From NCBI RefSeq assembly GCF_048593235.1, contig NC_133619.1, positions 330,164,454-330,228,453 on the forward strand: a DNA stretch of 64,000 nucleotides. The letters run 5' to 3'. Positions 52,598-63,900 of this stretch are shown in pieces (positions within the stretch are counted from its first letter, which is position 1; each line of letters begins with the position of its first letter). Under the pieces are notes generated by a model, which had not been told where the DNA came from, did not search any database, and worked only from the letters and a program-made list of their open reading frames with translations. Made by a program: the position numbers and the translations under genes. The DNA is from Sminthopsis crassicaudata. Its lineage: Eukaryota.

Positions 52598-53209
52598 CTC
52601 AGAAGGTCCTATTTGGCAATTGTCACTAACTACTTCTACCAGTCAATCAATTAGACTGAATAATATAGTTGAGAAAACTAGTCCCAGAAGGTGATAATAT
52701 TCTATTTCTATAGCTAATCCAGAGCTTCACCTCCCCATTTTTTCATTTTAATAAATTTTGAAATAAAATTTAATTTAAAATAATTTTTTAAATAATAAAT
52801 TTAAAATAATTTAAAATAAAATTTAAAATATTAAAATTTCACTTTAATAAATAGTAGTGGGACATCTACATGACACAGTAGATGGAGCAATGAGCTTGGA
52901 ATTGGAAAGACTCATCTTAAGTTCAAATCCAGCCTCAGACAGTCATTGGACAAGTCACTTCACCCTATATGCCTGAATTTCCTCATCTGTAAAATGAACT
53001 GGAAAAGGGAAGTGATAAAGTGCTCCAATACTTTGTCAAGAAAACTCCAAAATAGGATCACAAAGTGTCAAACATGACTGAAATGGCTGGGGCTCCATTT
53101 TAATGGGAGAGGCAGAATGGTAGACAAAAGCCATCTTGGCATTCTTTAGCAAGAACTCCATCAAAGGTATCAAAACTGTCCTGGACAATGAACATATCAA
53201 GATAGCAGG
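52335..53209 (-). pseudogene. Gypsy reverse transcriptase remnant
   Basis: ICSLSRTVLIPLMEFLLKNAKMAFVYHSASP (cf. IYSLSxxExxxLxEYIxENLxKGFIRPSxSP); FIKMK/NGEVKLWISYR (cf. FVKKKDGSLRLCIDYR); CQSLREH*LFTELDKCHF..EMELLGH (cf. LQRLREHQLFAKLEKCEF..EVEFLGY). Confidence 0.85.
52555..52594. repeat. (GT)20 microsatellite
   Basis: Perfect dinucleotide run inside the Gypsy RT remnant. Confidence 0.97.
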
Positions 53210-53419
53210 AAGCACAGTAGGTAGGTTACAGGGCTTGGATTTAGAGAAGACTTGAATTAAAAATCTACCTACTAGCTAACATGACTATGGACAAATCACT
53301 TAACCTTTCTACCTTCATTTTACTCATCTGTAAAATGCTGGGAATGGAGAAATCTACATCACAGGATTGTTGTGAGATTAAATAAAATGATATTTTTTGC
53401 AAAGCCTTTTATAAACCTT

Positions 53420-53720
53420 AAAAACTGATTTCTGTTAAACCAGACATTAAAGAGATTTATGAAAATAGGTAAAATAATACCATCTTCTCCCCAAAATGTT
53501 TTCTTTGGAAAACATGGTTATTCTTCACAAACATGTCTTCTTTACGTAATATTATTTTTAATATTTTAATAATGTTAACATTTTTAAATCAAGATTTTTA
53601 CATTTTAATTTCTAATATGGTAAATATTGATAATCTATATAACCTAAAATTCTTTAAGCCCCTTGATTATTTTTAAGAATTTAAAGGGATTCTGAAAACA
53701 AAATAGGTTGAGAATTATTG
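53420..53720. mobile_element. hAT-Charlie-type DNA transposon remnant
   Basis: ttttaatttctaatatggtaaatattgata...tttaagaatttaaagggattctgaaaacaaaataggttgagaattattg resembles the end of mammalian non-autonomous hAT elements (from memory). Confidence 0.55.
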
Positions 53721-55129
53721 TTGTAAGGAAACTTATGATAAGGAACTATATTCTGTCAAAGCAGATCAACAACAAATACCCCCTACATAAAAACTTAGGG
53801 AACTGCTTAGGATATTTGCCCAAAGTCACATAGCCAATATTGTTAGAGGCAAAACTTGAAACTATATCTTCCTAAATCCAAGACCAAGTCTCTACCCACT
53901 AACTGACATTGACACCTAAATACAAAAATAAAATAAGAGGGGGAAAATTGAAGCATATCAATGATTTCCTCAAAAGAACAGTTTTGCAGTCAGAAGCAGA
54001 TGCACTTTGTCCAACTAGCCACCTCAACACTAGTCTTTAATCCCCATTCATAGCTCCCTCATTCTGCCCTGAATCCCTTGTTACCCATCTGATTTTCTCT
54101 CCATTTGGATTTCTCCAACAATGAAAGGCATAGCCTTTAACCATTCTAGCTTATGATTCTTTCTCCCTTTCACTCCCTCCCCACTATTAGTCCTTTTCCT
54201 TAAACAGGAAGATCTTCTCACCATGAGACTAAAAATCACCGAATTCATAGTTAAATTGCATCTCCTTTTCTGAAGATTTTGTGTAGATCAGATCAAATAT
54301 TCAAGTACCAGGTTATATTCTCCTCTCATGCTTGGAGCTTTGCAATTCTTCAAAAAACTAGCTGGGGGTACATTCAGTATCTGAAATTATACTACATAGA
54401 ATCAAAATATACATTAATGCTTAACAAAACAAATTGTTGTAGCTATCATGCACCAGTAATATAAACAATAACTATGGAGCAATCACGGGAAGTGATTACA
54501 ATTCTAAATTACATGCAGGACATAATATGTACATATGTCATAAAAGTACATAAAAGTATTATATCCATATAATAAAATAGATAGAAGTAACATTAAGCAA
54601 AATTAAATTAATAATATCATTAGTAGGCTTACAAAAATGTGAAAAATAAGCAAAACTACACACAAATAATAGCAAAATCACAAATAGTTATCAAACGACT
54701 TTAGCTTCAACACATACATGACACAAATATGTAAATAGAAACAATAATAATAGCAAAGCATAGTTAGTAAGTAACATGCATACCAATGAACATATGCAAT
54801 TGCATGCAAGACACATTAATTACATGTTGAGAATTAGCACAGTTGTCTGGTTTTATGTGAAACCACTTTGCCAATTTTCCTTATAACATTCATTATAAAT
54901 TACTCTGGCCACTGGTCATATAGGCTTAGCTTTCATGCTTTCATGCAACCTATCTGCCCCTGTACCTGAGTTAATTGATAGTAAGAACTGGTTATAATTC
55001 TCAGAATAATTATAAATTCTCAGCATAACTATAGTCTTACCTACTTAAACCTAAACTTGCCATGCTCTTTCCTGAAGTAAAAAGTGAGTTCACACCGTTC
55101 CCATCATTTGAACTGGGGGTGCAATACAT

Positions 55130-55990
55130 AGAGTGATCTCACTTGAAAGCCTGATTCAGAGCCAATTTTTGGGCTGGGCTGACTTTGCATGATTAATGGG
55201 CATTTTATTTCACTTAATCTTCTGAGGAAAGAGGCCATCAATCTTTGCTTATTCATCAACGATTCTAACCAATGTACCTCTTGGCAAGTACAGATCACAA
55301 TGGTATATATGTCTTTAGTGGGCCCTCACCAGTCTCTGGGGCTGTTTTATAAACTAATAAGTTGTTCACTCTCTCCAGAGGCATAAAGTAGCTTTCCTTC
55401 AACTTGTACATCCAGCAAACACCAAGATTTCTCAGCAAAATTCTGTCATCTTGTTGAAGGCTTTGAAAACTTACTCAGACATCATATTATCATTTACTTC
55501 TTTCAATATTTTATTTCACCCAGACTGGAATCATTTCACTCAGACTCTCATAGACTCAATTTCATTTAATCTGATGTGAATGGAAATTTTAACCTGTTTC
55601 ATTTCCATGCCCTCCTTAGGTAACCTAAGCTCTCAGATCTCAAGGGTTCCCTATACAACTGCCAGAGTTAGTATGGATGCCAAATTGTCTTAATAGAGTG
55701 AAGCTTGGAACTCAGGTGATCCACCAGCCTCAACCTTCCCAGTAGTAGTTATTACAGGAGTATTCCATGATACTTTCAGCATTCTTCTGGATTGAAATTG
55801 TAACAAGGCGGTGAATTTATTTTTGCTTTTCCCTCTTCTAAGATATATACTGGTTATAAGTGTCTGTAAATCTCTCCATCCTAAGAACTATAAAACACTT
55901 TGTAAGTGGATAGGTATAGCTCAGACCCCAACATCAACAGATAGGGATAAAACTGGTGAGATCGCTCCTCGTAGAAATGGATACTCGTAT
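55130..55990 (-). pseudogene. Gypsy gag (capsid) remnant
   Basis: ELYLSTYKVFY (55890-55922); FQSLQQDDRILLRN...LKESYFMP...TGEGPLKTY...LA/QEVHW...LMASFLRRLSEIKCPLIMQSQP. These resemble RTL1/PEG10 gag (QLTLQSYPRMFY; LLQENSPL; QGxGSVxDY; IAQDLDW; GLNEEIRHYLFRVPQP). Split by a 7SL retrocopy. Confidence 0.65.
55495..55775 (-). pseudogene. 7SL RNA-derived retrocopy
   Basis: Minus strand ctcctgtaat...actgggaaggttgaggctggtggatcac...taggttacctaaggaggg...ggaaatgaaacaggttaaaa...ttccagtctgggtgaaa aligns along 7SL (cctgtagtcccagctactcgggaggctgagg; aggttgcctaaggaggg; ggaaacggagcaggtcaaaa; ctccagcctgggcaa). Confidence 0.75.
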
Positions 55991-56079
55991 ATGGAAAGCC
56001 ACATATTGTCTCTATTGAGATTTTTGCTCAAATCCTCACATCTCTAACATATTCATCAGTAAGCATTTAAAATGATGAA

Positions 56080-57620
56080 TAGTATTTATAATTTTGTTAC
56101 ATTTACTTTTGTTTTGGAGGGGAGGGGATGTTCTTTCCACTTAAATTGTTGTAGTTACTGGCTATATTGTTTTCTTGACTCTTCTATCTTCATACTGCAT
56201 CATTTAATACAAATTTTTTACTGCTCCTCTTACATGCTTCATCATGCACATCATTTTCCCCCAGAACAGTAATATACTAATACATTTCCCATTCACACTT
56301 TTAAATTATTCCCCATTTGATGATGATGTTTTGTTTCCAAATGTACTGGAGTACAATTTTTTTTTATTAATGATTTCCTTGAGTTACAAGCCCAGTATTG
56401 GAGTCTCTGTTCAAAGGATATGGGAATTTTAATTATTTTATTTGCACAATTCTAGATTGCTTTCCAAAGTGGTTGTACCATTTCACCAACATTGACTATG
56501 ACATTTTTAGGTCATTTTTGCCAGGTTTTCAAAGCGTAAGGTGAAACTTTAGTGTTATTTTGATTTGTATCTCTCTTATTGTGATATATATTATATTATA
56601 TCATATATATAATAAGACAATATTATCTTATTACTTGTGATTTGGATAATTTTTTTCATGTGTTTGTGAAAACTTTCCAGTTCTTTTGAGAACTGTTTGT
56701 TCATATCCTTTAACCATTCATCTGTGGGGGAATAACTATACACACACATACACACACACACTAACACAGATATATGTATATATGTACACACACATAAATA
56801 TATGTACATATACAAATATTTTTATATTGCTTGGTACCAAACTCTTAACAGTGAAATTTCTTGCAAAGTTTCCCCCTCCAACATTTGACCACTTAGCTTC
56901 TTATCCTAAACGTACTAATATTGTCTATGAAGTAGCTTTTCAATTTCAAATCATCAAAGTTATATAGTTTATATCTGGTAATTGCTTCTATCTTTTCGTG
57001 GTTAAGAATATATCTCTCAGATGATTCAGGTCAATTCTAATGATCTTGTAATGAAGAGAGCCATCTACACCCAGAGAGAAGACTGTGGGAACTGAGTATG
57101 GATCACAACATAGCATTTTCACTTCTTTTTGTTGTTGTTTACTTGCTTTTTGTTTTCTTTTTCATTTTTTTCTCTTTGACCTGATTTTTCTTGTGCAGCA
57201 AGATAATTGTAAAAGTATGTATGCATATATTGGATTTAATATATATTTTTACCATATTAACATATATTGGATTACTTGCAGTCTGAGGGAGGGGTTAGGA
57301 GAAGGGGAGGAAAATTGGAACATAAGGTTTAGCAAAGGTCAATGTTGAAAAATTGGCCATGCATATGTTTTGAAAATAAAAAGCTTTAATAAAAAAGAAT
57401 ATATCTCTTATCCAAAACTGTGATATACATTTTGTTTCTCTTTAAAAAAAATTTATGCTATGACCTTTAATAATAAAGTTGCATATGAACTGAGGGTAAA
57501 TTATAGAGTATGGTATAAGGTGTTGGTCTAAACCTTTCCAGTTTTCCCATCAGTTTTATGAAATGAAAAGTTCTTCCGTAGGTGATTTATGTTTCCCACT
57601 TCATCAAATACTGCGTTATT
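56080..57620 (-). mobile_element. Old antisense L1 with a younger sense L1 tail nested at ~57020-57394
   Basis: Antisense ORF2-end motifs. The nested insert has TSD aagaatatatctct at 57004-57017 and 57395-57408. Confidence 0.75.
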
Positions 57621-58651
57621 GAGTTATCCTTCTATTGTCTTTTTATTCAGGTGCATTCACCAGAATGGCACTTTGATTCTTTGGTATCATCACATTTATG
57701 CTCACATTACTTCAAAGTCTCACATTAGCCAATTGCTCTCTTTGCCAGTCACTCATAGACAACTGAGGCAAAGAAAATCAGCTCAGTAGAAAGAGGTTCA
57801 CACAGGCTGTTGTCATGCTGTCAAGCAGAACTCTCAAACTTTCAGTTGTACTGTCATGTACTTTTAATCCATCTCCTCGGGTGTTTCACACAGTTTTCAC
57901 CATCACATAGTCTTCTAATTGGTCATCTCTCTCCCAATTATCCTCCCTTGACCAATGGTGGATGCTGAATTCATAGTTGGCTAGCACTGGCACTTATCTA
58001 AGACAAAAAGCATCTAACTTTGCACTAATCAGAATACAGTAGTGGACTTTCCACATTTGCAACTTTACTCCATATACATATAGTTGTTTTGACTTTGAAG
58101 TTGTTGGTGACAGTCTACTTCAAAACCAAAAACTCTAGCTTGTGTTAGGGATAATGAATCTTATTTAAAGTTTATTTTAAAATATTGGCAAAGATTTTGA
58201 GTGACTAATGTATGAGAAATCATTTAGAATTTTCTCATTTCAAATTTCTTGGAGGAATTTGAATTAGAATAAGGTCCTAAAAATCTATGATCCTATGATC
58301 CAAAGAGGACATCAGTACACGATCCCTATTTTTTCTTCCTATTTGGCCTTCCTGGGACTCAGTCTAAACAAGTCAGTCTTCAGTTCTAGGAATGGGCCCA
58401 GGAAAAACCACTTAATTATTGCATAAGTGTCTAGTCTGCCAACTCAATTCTTACAGTAACCTGGTTCAAAGAAGGAAAAAAAGGTTGCTGACAGTGGGAT
58501 TTTTACTTGAGGCTTTTTTTTTTTTTTTTTGACTAAACTATTCACACTTTCTTTCCCAGTAATGCTTATGACTAGAAGAGTCTTTCTGTAAGATGACTAA
58601 CTTCAGAGTATTCCAGATAAGGAAGAGATTATATGCAAAAGACGTTTTCAG

Positions 58652-59329
58652 TGTAGCAACTCCTTTCCAAATAATGAGATTGAAGATATCAAATATTGGA
58701 ATTTGGTCACGTAAAGAATTCACAATGACATTGGTTTTGGCAAAAGATAGGTTTATTTATGAGAAGAGGTTACAGACAAAATGAAGGGATACAATAGAAA
58801 CCAAGAGTGTTAAATATGAAATAGAGTTGGGAGAACATGTAGTGTAACAGGAAAGTGATTTTTAACGATTAACAATGAAAAAGACAAATTCTAGTGGAAC
58901 TCACAATTAACCAGGAGAAAGGAAGTATTCCATGAGGTGGAAGTATGCCTTTCACTGGCAGGCTAAATCCATAGAGAGATTTAGTAACCTGAAAGAATTA
59001 GTTAGCTAAAAGAAGAAGAAAAGACACCCTGAGGCATGGTGAGGGGATGAGAACACCCATACTGTGGGGAATGTGGGAGGGGTGAGGAGAAAGTATCATG
59101 AGGCAGAAAGCTGGGGCAAACTGACCCAAAAGGGGTTCGGCAAAGATGGCATGAGCCATGGACAGATTTAAAGGGGAAATTTAACCTCAGGGATTTGACA
59201 TAACTTGAATTTTTAACTGGACACAGCAAAATGGGTCTACCCAAGACCCTCTACAGAGAGATTATAAGGTTAAACTGATCCCCATCAATACCCTTCCCTT
59301 CTTGCCTCAGGAAGTAATTTTATTCGTAC
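58652..59329 (-). mobile_element. Solo ERV LTR
   Basis: Starts tgtagc, candidate 5-bp TSD ttcag on both sides, minus-strand AATAAA (tttatt ~58752). The terminal CA is imperfect. Confidence 0.6.
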
Positions 59330-60954
59330 TTCAGGCTCTTTCTCTGCCAACCTGTGAAATGCTGAAAAGCTGGGTTTCTACAGATTGGTGAAAACTTCAA
59401 GATAATGTGGGATAGTGGGTACCACTGACCAAGAGGTTTTCAGAATGTGAGAGGTTAAGGAAGGTTAAGATTCCACAGAACAATTAAGTGATCAATAGAA
59501 GTCTTGAGCAAACAAGGAATTGGGGGGATAAAAAGGTAGAGGTGGATTCACCTCATCAGAAAGAGTCTTATGGGTTTAAGAAAACCACAAATTTAAGATA
59601 ATAGCCCATCCAGCCCAAACTAGTTGAGTCAATGACCCAACTTGAACAAATCACTACTGAGCCTGCTTAATAAGCTAATTGAATATTAAACAACACATCC
59701 TGCAGGAGACTTTTCTGCCGTTTTTTAACATGGGACGTATGATGAGGAAGCATAAACATATTTAGGGGGAAACATATGGTGGGCATATAAGAAAGATTGT
59801 AACCCAAAAGGGAATGGACCAATTCAGTCTTTGAAGAGACACTTGTGCTATATTTGTGCTAGCAAGTATAAAGTTCTCCCATTTCTGTGCTCAGAACTTT
59901 GTTTTACCAAAGAGGTGCAGAGTCTGCTTCTGGACAAAAATGTTAAGATGATTCCTTAAGATTTTTCTTTAATAAATTTTCCTTGATATTCTGATTGTCA
60001 GGATCAAGAGTATTTCTAACAAACCCCACCTAGTAATCCAGGACCTCATCACAAAGGCAAGTAAGGATCTCATATCCAGCATGGTGAAACCTAAGCTTGG
60101 GTAGAGCGCAAGAACAGCTGTCAACAGTTCTATTACTTCCCAATTCCAAATCACAAAGTCAGGGCAGACTGAGTAATTCTATAGTGGGGGAGGAATGGGG
60201 GTACACTCACAGAGAGGGAGAGGACATTCCAGGAAGAGGAGCAGCCTTGTTTATTTGGTACTGTATCCAGCAAGGAGAAAGTTCAAAAGTAAGCAATAGC
60301 TGTATAGAACAAACCCCAGCAATAAGATTGAGTCTCAGTTCCAGGTTTTAGTTCGGTCTGAAGTCTGCAGAGAAATAACAAAGAAAGGAATAGAGACCAA
60401 AATGGAGTCTATAGCTTCATCATATTGAATCAGCAGAGCTTTCAAGAAAGCTAGCTAACACTAGCCACATTCACTGAAATTGTAAAGGGGGCAAGCCCAT
60501 AGGCAAGTTGCTCAGTCCTAAACATAAATAAATAATTTACAGTGGTGGAAGAAGGGAAACAGTAATGACTTTGCCTAACATTACACCACTTTTAGACTTC
60601 TGAAAGTTCCTAGCTATTCAGATCCAGGAATAATACAACACTAGGTAGGGCCTGCACTAAAGTGTTTGTAATATCAGGAGAGAGAAGGGGCATATTTAAG
60701 AAATATTGCAAAGGTGAAATCAATAGGCTTGGATTATTGATATAAGAGATAAGAGATGGTGAGGAATCCAGGATGACTCTTGGATAGCAAACCTGAGGGA
60801 CCCAGACAAAGGTGGTGCCCTCTATAGAAATATGGTAAGTAGGAAGGGGGAGGATTTAGGGGGAAAGATAGAGTTCTATTTTGGACATATTGAATTTAAA
60901 ATCTCTATTGGATATTACAATGTCTCTGTAGACCTTGAAATTACTAGGTAAACT

Positions 60955-63900
60955 TGTTGTGTCCTGCTTTCTAGAGCCCCTAAGCTGGGGTGACAAAACA
61001 TACTGTGCTTGATTTTTGATGGAGATGCACTGGTTCTGTGAGAATCCATGTGGGGGTGGTTAAAATATACCTTCCTAGTGAAGGAGTGATGAGGTGGGAC
61101 TCCTGAGGAAGGTGAAAATATTCAGTCTGTTTATTCCAAGGACTTTACCCTTTTTATACCCTCATGCCCTTGTGTAACAAAAACACTGGGCATGTGCCCA
61201 GTATATACTGTGCACGTGGGACCACATAAACAACTTGCTATTGTATGTAGATTGCCACCTGGTATTACTCTGCTTCAATCACAACACAGGTTGTCACCAT
61301 CCTGTGCCGAACCAGACATTGTCAGCAGGTTCCCTCTGGACTGAGGGTCTTATACCTCACCCAGATTTCCCCCAGTATCTGTGCCTCTATATCTCACCTT
61401 TTCTTTTGTTTTAATTGAAGCAGGTATCTAACAGTGGTTAAATCCATTACCAAGGGAGGAAGCACAAGGCAAGTTGTAATATCACACAAGCAAGTAGTAA
61501 CATAACAAACAATATGAATAAACAAAATACTATAAAGATTTCCATGAGTCCCAGAAGGAAGGAGTAAAAAATTATTATGAATTCATAAGCACATATATAC
61601 CTCCTTCAGGAGCCAAGAAATAGTCCAAAACCAATCTATAGTCCATTACTTCACGTGTCAGAGAATCCAATGATTCCTGCAGTTTTTGAAGTCCTGCATC
61701 AGTCTCATTCACAATTATTTTTGATGTTCATGAGTCAATTGTCATACATGTACATGGCATACAATTATGCCATACATAACTGCCAGACTCTTTCAGTGGC
61801 ATACATAGTCAGAGACTGAACCACCCAATGTTTCCTGGGTCTTCTCTGTTTTGAGAGTCTTCTCCTTTTCTGTCTCTCTCTGATGGACAAGGTGAATACG
61901 GCTTGTTGGCACCCATCAGGTTTCTTCTCCATTTGTTGAGATATAAGCAAACCCTCTCCCCCAAGCAGTTAACCTATCTGGTCCCTTCCATTCACCACTT
62001 TCTGGATCTCTCCACAAAACCTGGCAATTATCTAATTATCACATTGAACACTACCTTTCTGGCAGGTTATAAAACCTGTCTTCCAGAGCCAGTGCCTCTC
62101 CATCAAAAATCAAAAAAAAATTAATAGTATAAAGAGCTAAATTTAAAAGTTCTCTAAGGTTACCTGTGGCTCCTCCTTTCTTTAATTTTTGGAGGAGTGT
62201 CTTGATGTCTCTTCCCCATAGATTGATGGGGATTTTTTTTTAACTACAAAAAGAGTAAAAACTCCTGTTTTATCTTCAAATTTCCATCTCAAAGGGGTAG
62301 CACTAATTTTAGCTGCTGTTGATTTAGCTGCCAGACACATGAGTGTTTGCCATAATCTTTGGCCAGTGACTGGGATATCAGCTACACATCTCCCAGTTTC
62401 CCAAATCAGTGTATGGATGGACACTGTTTTGTAAGCACTCTCAGGATATGAAATGGTCAAGCCTACTGTGCTTGGAAGCAAAGGATCCATGGGCCTGACA
62501 GGGACAGGTTTCAGCTCTCCAGGGGATATCTCAGTAGTCCCAGCAACATACAACTCTATTCTCCCTGATTGCAATCTCCTTCCCCTACCAGCTTGCTTAA
62601 AGACTCTCTGGGTATAACAGGAGTTGCCATCATGCCCCAAGTGTTTTTTTTGCATGGGGCCCTGGAGCTGAGTCCCACCTCTTGTAATTAGGACTTAGGG
62701 GGTGGGCAAAACTGCTCATGGGCAGTGCTGATGGCATCATTACCTCTTCCACTCTCCTCCCCGTGCCCATGAAGGTGGAGTTGAGGGAGGAGGGTCAGGA
62801 GATAGGGAATACTCTAAAGGTGCATGCTCAGATATAAGCAGAATTGAAAATGAGCTTTGAAGGTGAAAAGCAAGTTCATCAGCAAGGTACTTTTCTGCCC
62901 AACAGTCAATGGTACTTAAGATACAACTCTTTTCTCACCCAACTGGCCAAGCCCTGCAGATCTCCTAGAGTAGTAATTAGCAAATTAAATCAGTAAAATG
63001 CTTAAAAAAAAAAAAAAAGACTTCCTTAGCTCTGCCCCACATGCTATACTCTCTAGGGTTATGGGCACCAACTCTCTGCTTGTTTTTCTTCTCATGTTTC
63101 CTAGTCTGGCAGCCCAAGTTAAAATCTTTCCTCTTTTTTAAACTTGTAAGATTCCTTAAAACCAATTTCACTCCATTGTATTCAGTTTGTTGTTCTCCTA
63201 CTATCTCCCACATCTCAGGCTCCAATCTCTCCTTCTTGGAGAGAGTGCACTTGGAAAGGTGCACTTCAGAGCATCTGAGAAGTGATCTGTTTCTGAGTTA
63301 CTAACAAACCTTGCTTCATACTTCCCTTGGAGGAAGGCTCTTTTCTTAGTATTCGCCTCATTTTAGTTGAAAAACGAAAGTGACTAAATTAGTCCTTACC
63401 TATTCTTCCCGATTGCCTATTTCTATACTTACCCTATTCCAGGTCACAAGGACTTCTCCACTGAACTCGGCCAATCCCTTCAGTAGAGCTGCTGTGTGTA
63501 GGACCTCACCTAGAGCCCCATGTTGGGTGCCAAATGTTGTGTCCTGCTTCTAGAGCCCCAACACCGGGGTGATTAAAATATTGAGTCCTTCTTTCTAAAG
63601 TCCCCAAGTTGGGGTGACAAAATGTACTGTGCTTTGTAGAGCCCCCACACGGGATGATTAAAATATCCTGTCTTAGTGGAGGAGTGATGAGGCAGGACTT
63701 CTGAGGATGATGGAAAAATGGAGTCCATTTATTACAAAATCTTTCCTCTTTTTATACCTTCATATCCTTATGTAACAAAAACACTGGACATGTGCCCAGT
63801 GTGTATGTGGAACCACAAACAACTTGCCATTGTATGTAGATTGCTATGGTATCACTCTTCCACCTGCTATCACTCTGCTCCAATCACAACACAGATTGTC

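Larger units (their letters stand above)
47250..56000 (-). mobile_element. Fossil Ty3/Gypsy (sushi/RTL-like) LTR retrotransposon, fragmented by younger insertions
   Basis: Collinear minus-strand motifs: gag (55890-55922, 55130-55468), protease (54964-54975, ~54290-54370), RT (53085-53209, 52707-52755, 52335-52505), RNase H (50058-50102, 49992-50039, 49864-49944), integrase (48411-48434, 48370-48387, 48266-48289, 47727-47770). Manual translation only; no LTRs identified. Confidence 0.8.

Noticed and set aside
52756-52855. ~100-nt almost pure A/T stretch as a special unwinding element
   Set aside because: Most simply a decayed A-rich retroposon tail or slippage product next to a SINE, with no supporting structure.
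55104-55298. EVHWL as a hAT transposase EVRWL motif
   Set aside because: Flanking frames fit Gypsy gag (GxGPxxxY...LAQExxW...LSExIK) and are collinear with downstream protease and RT.
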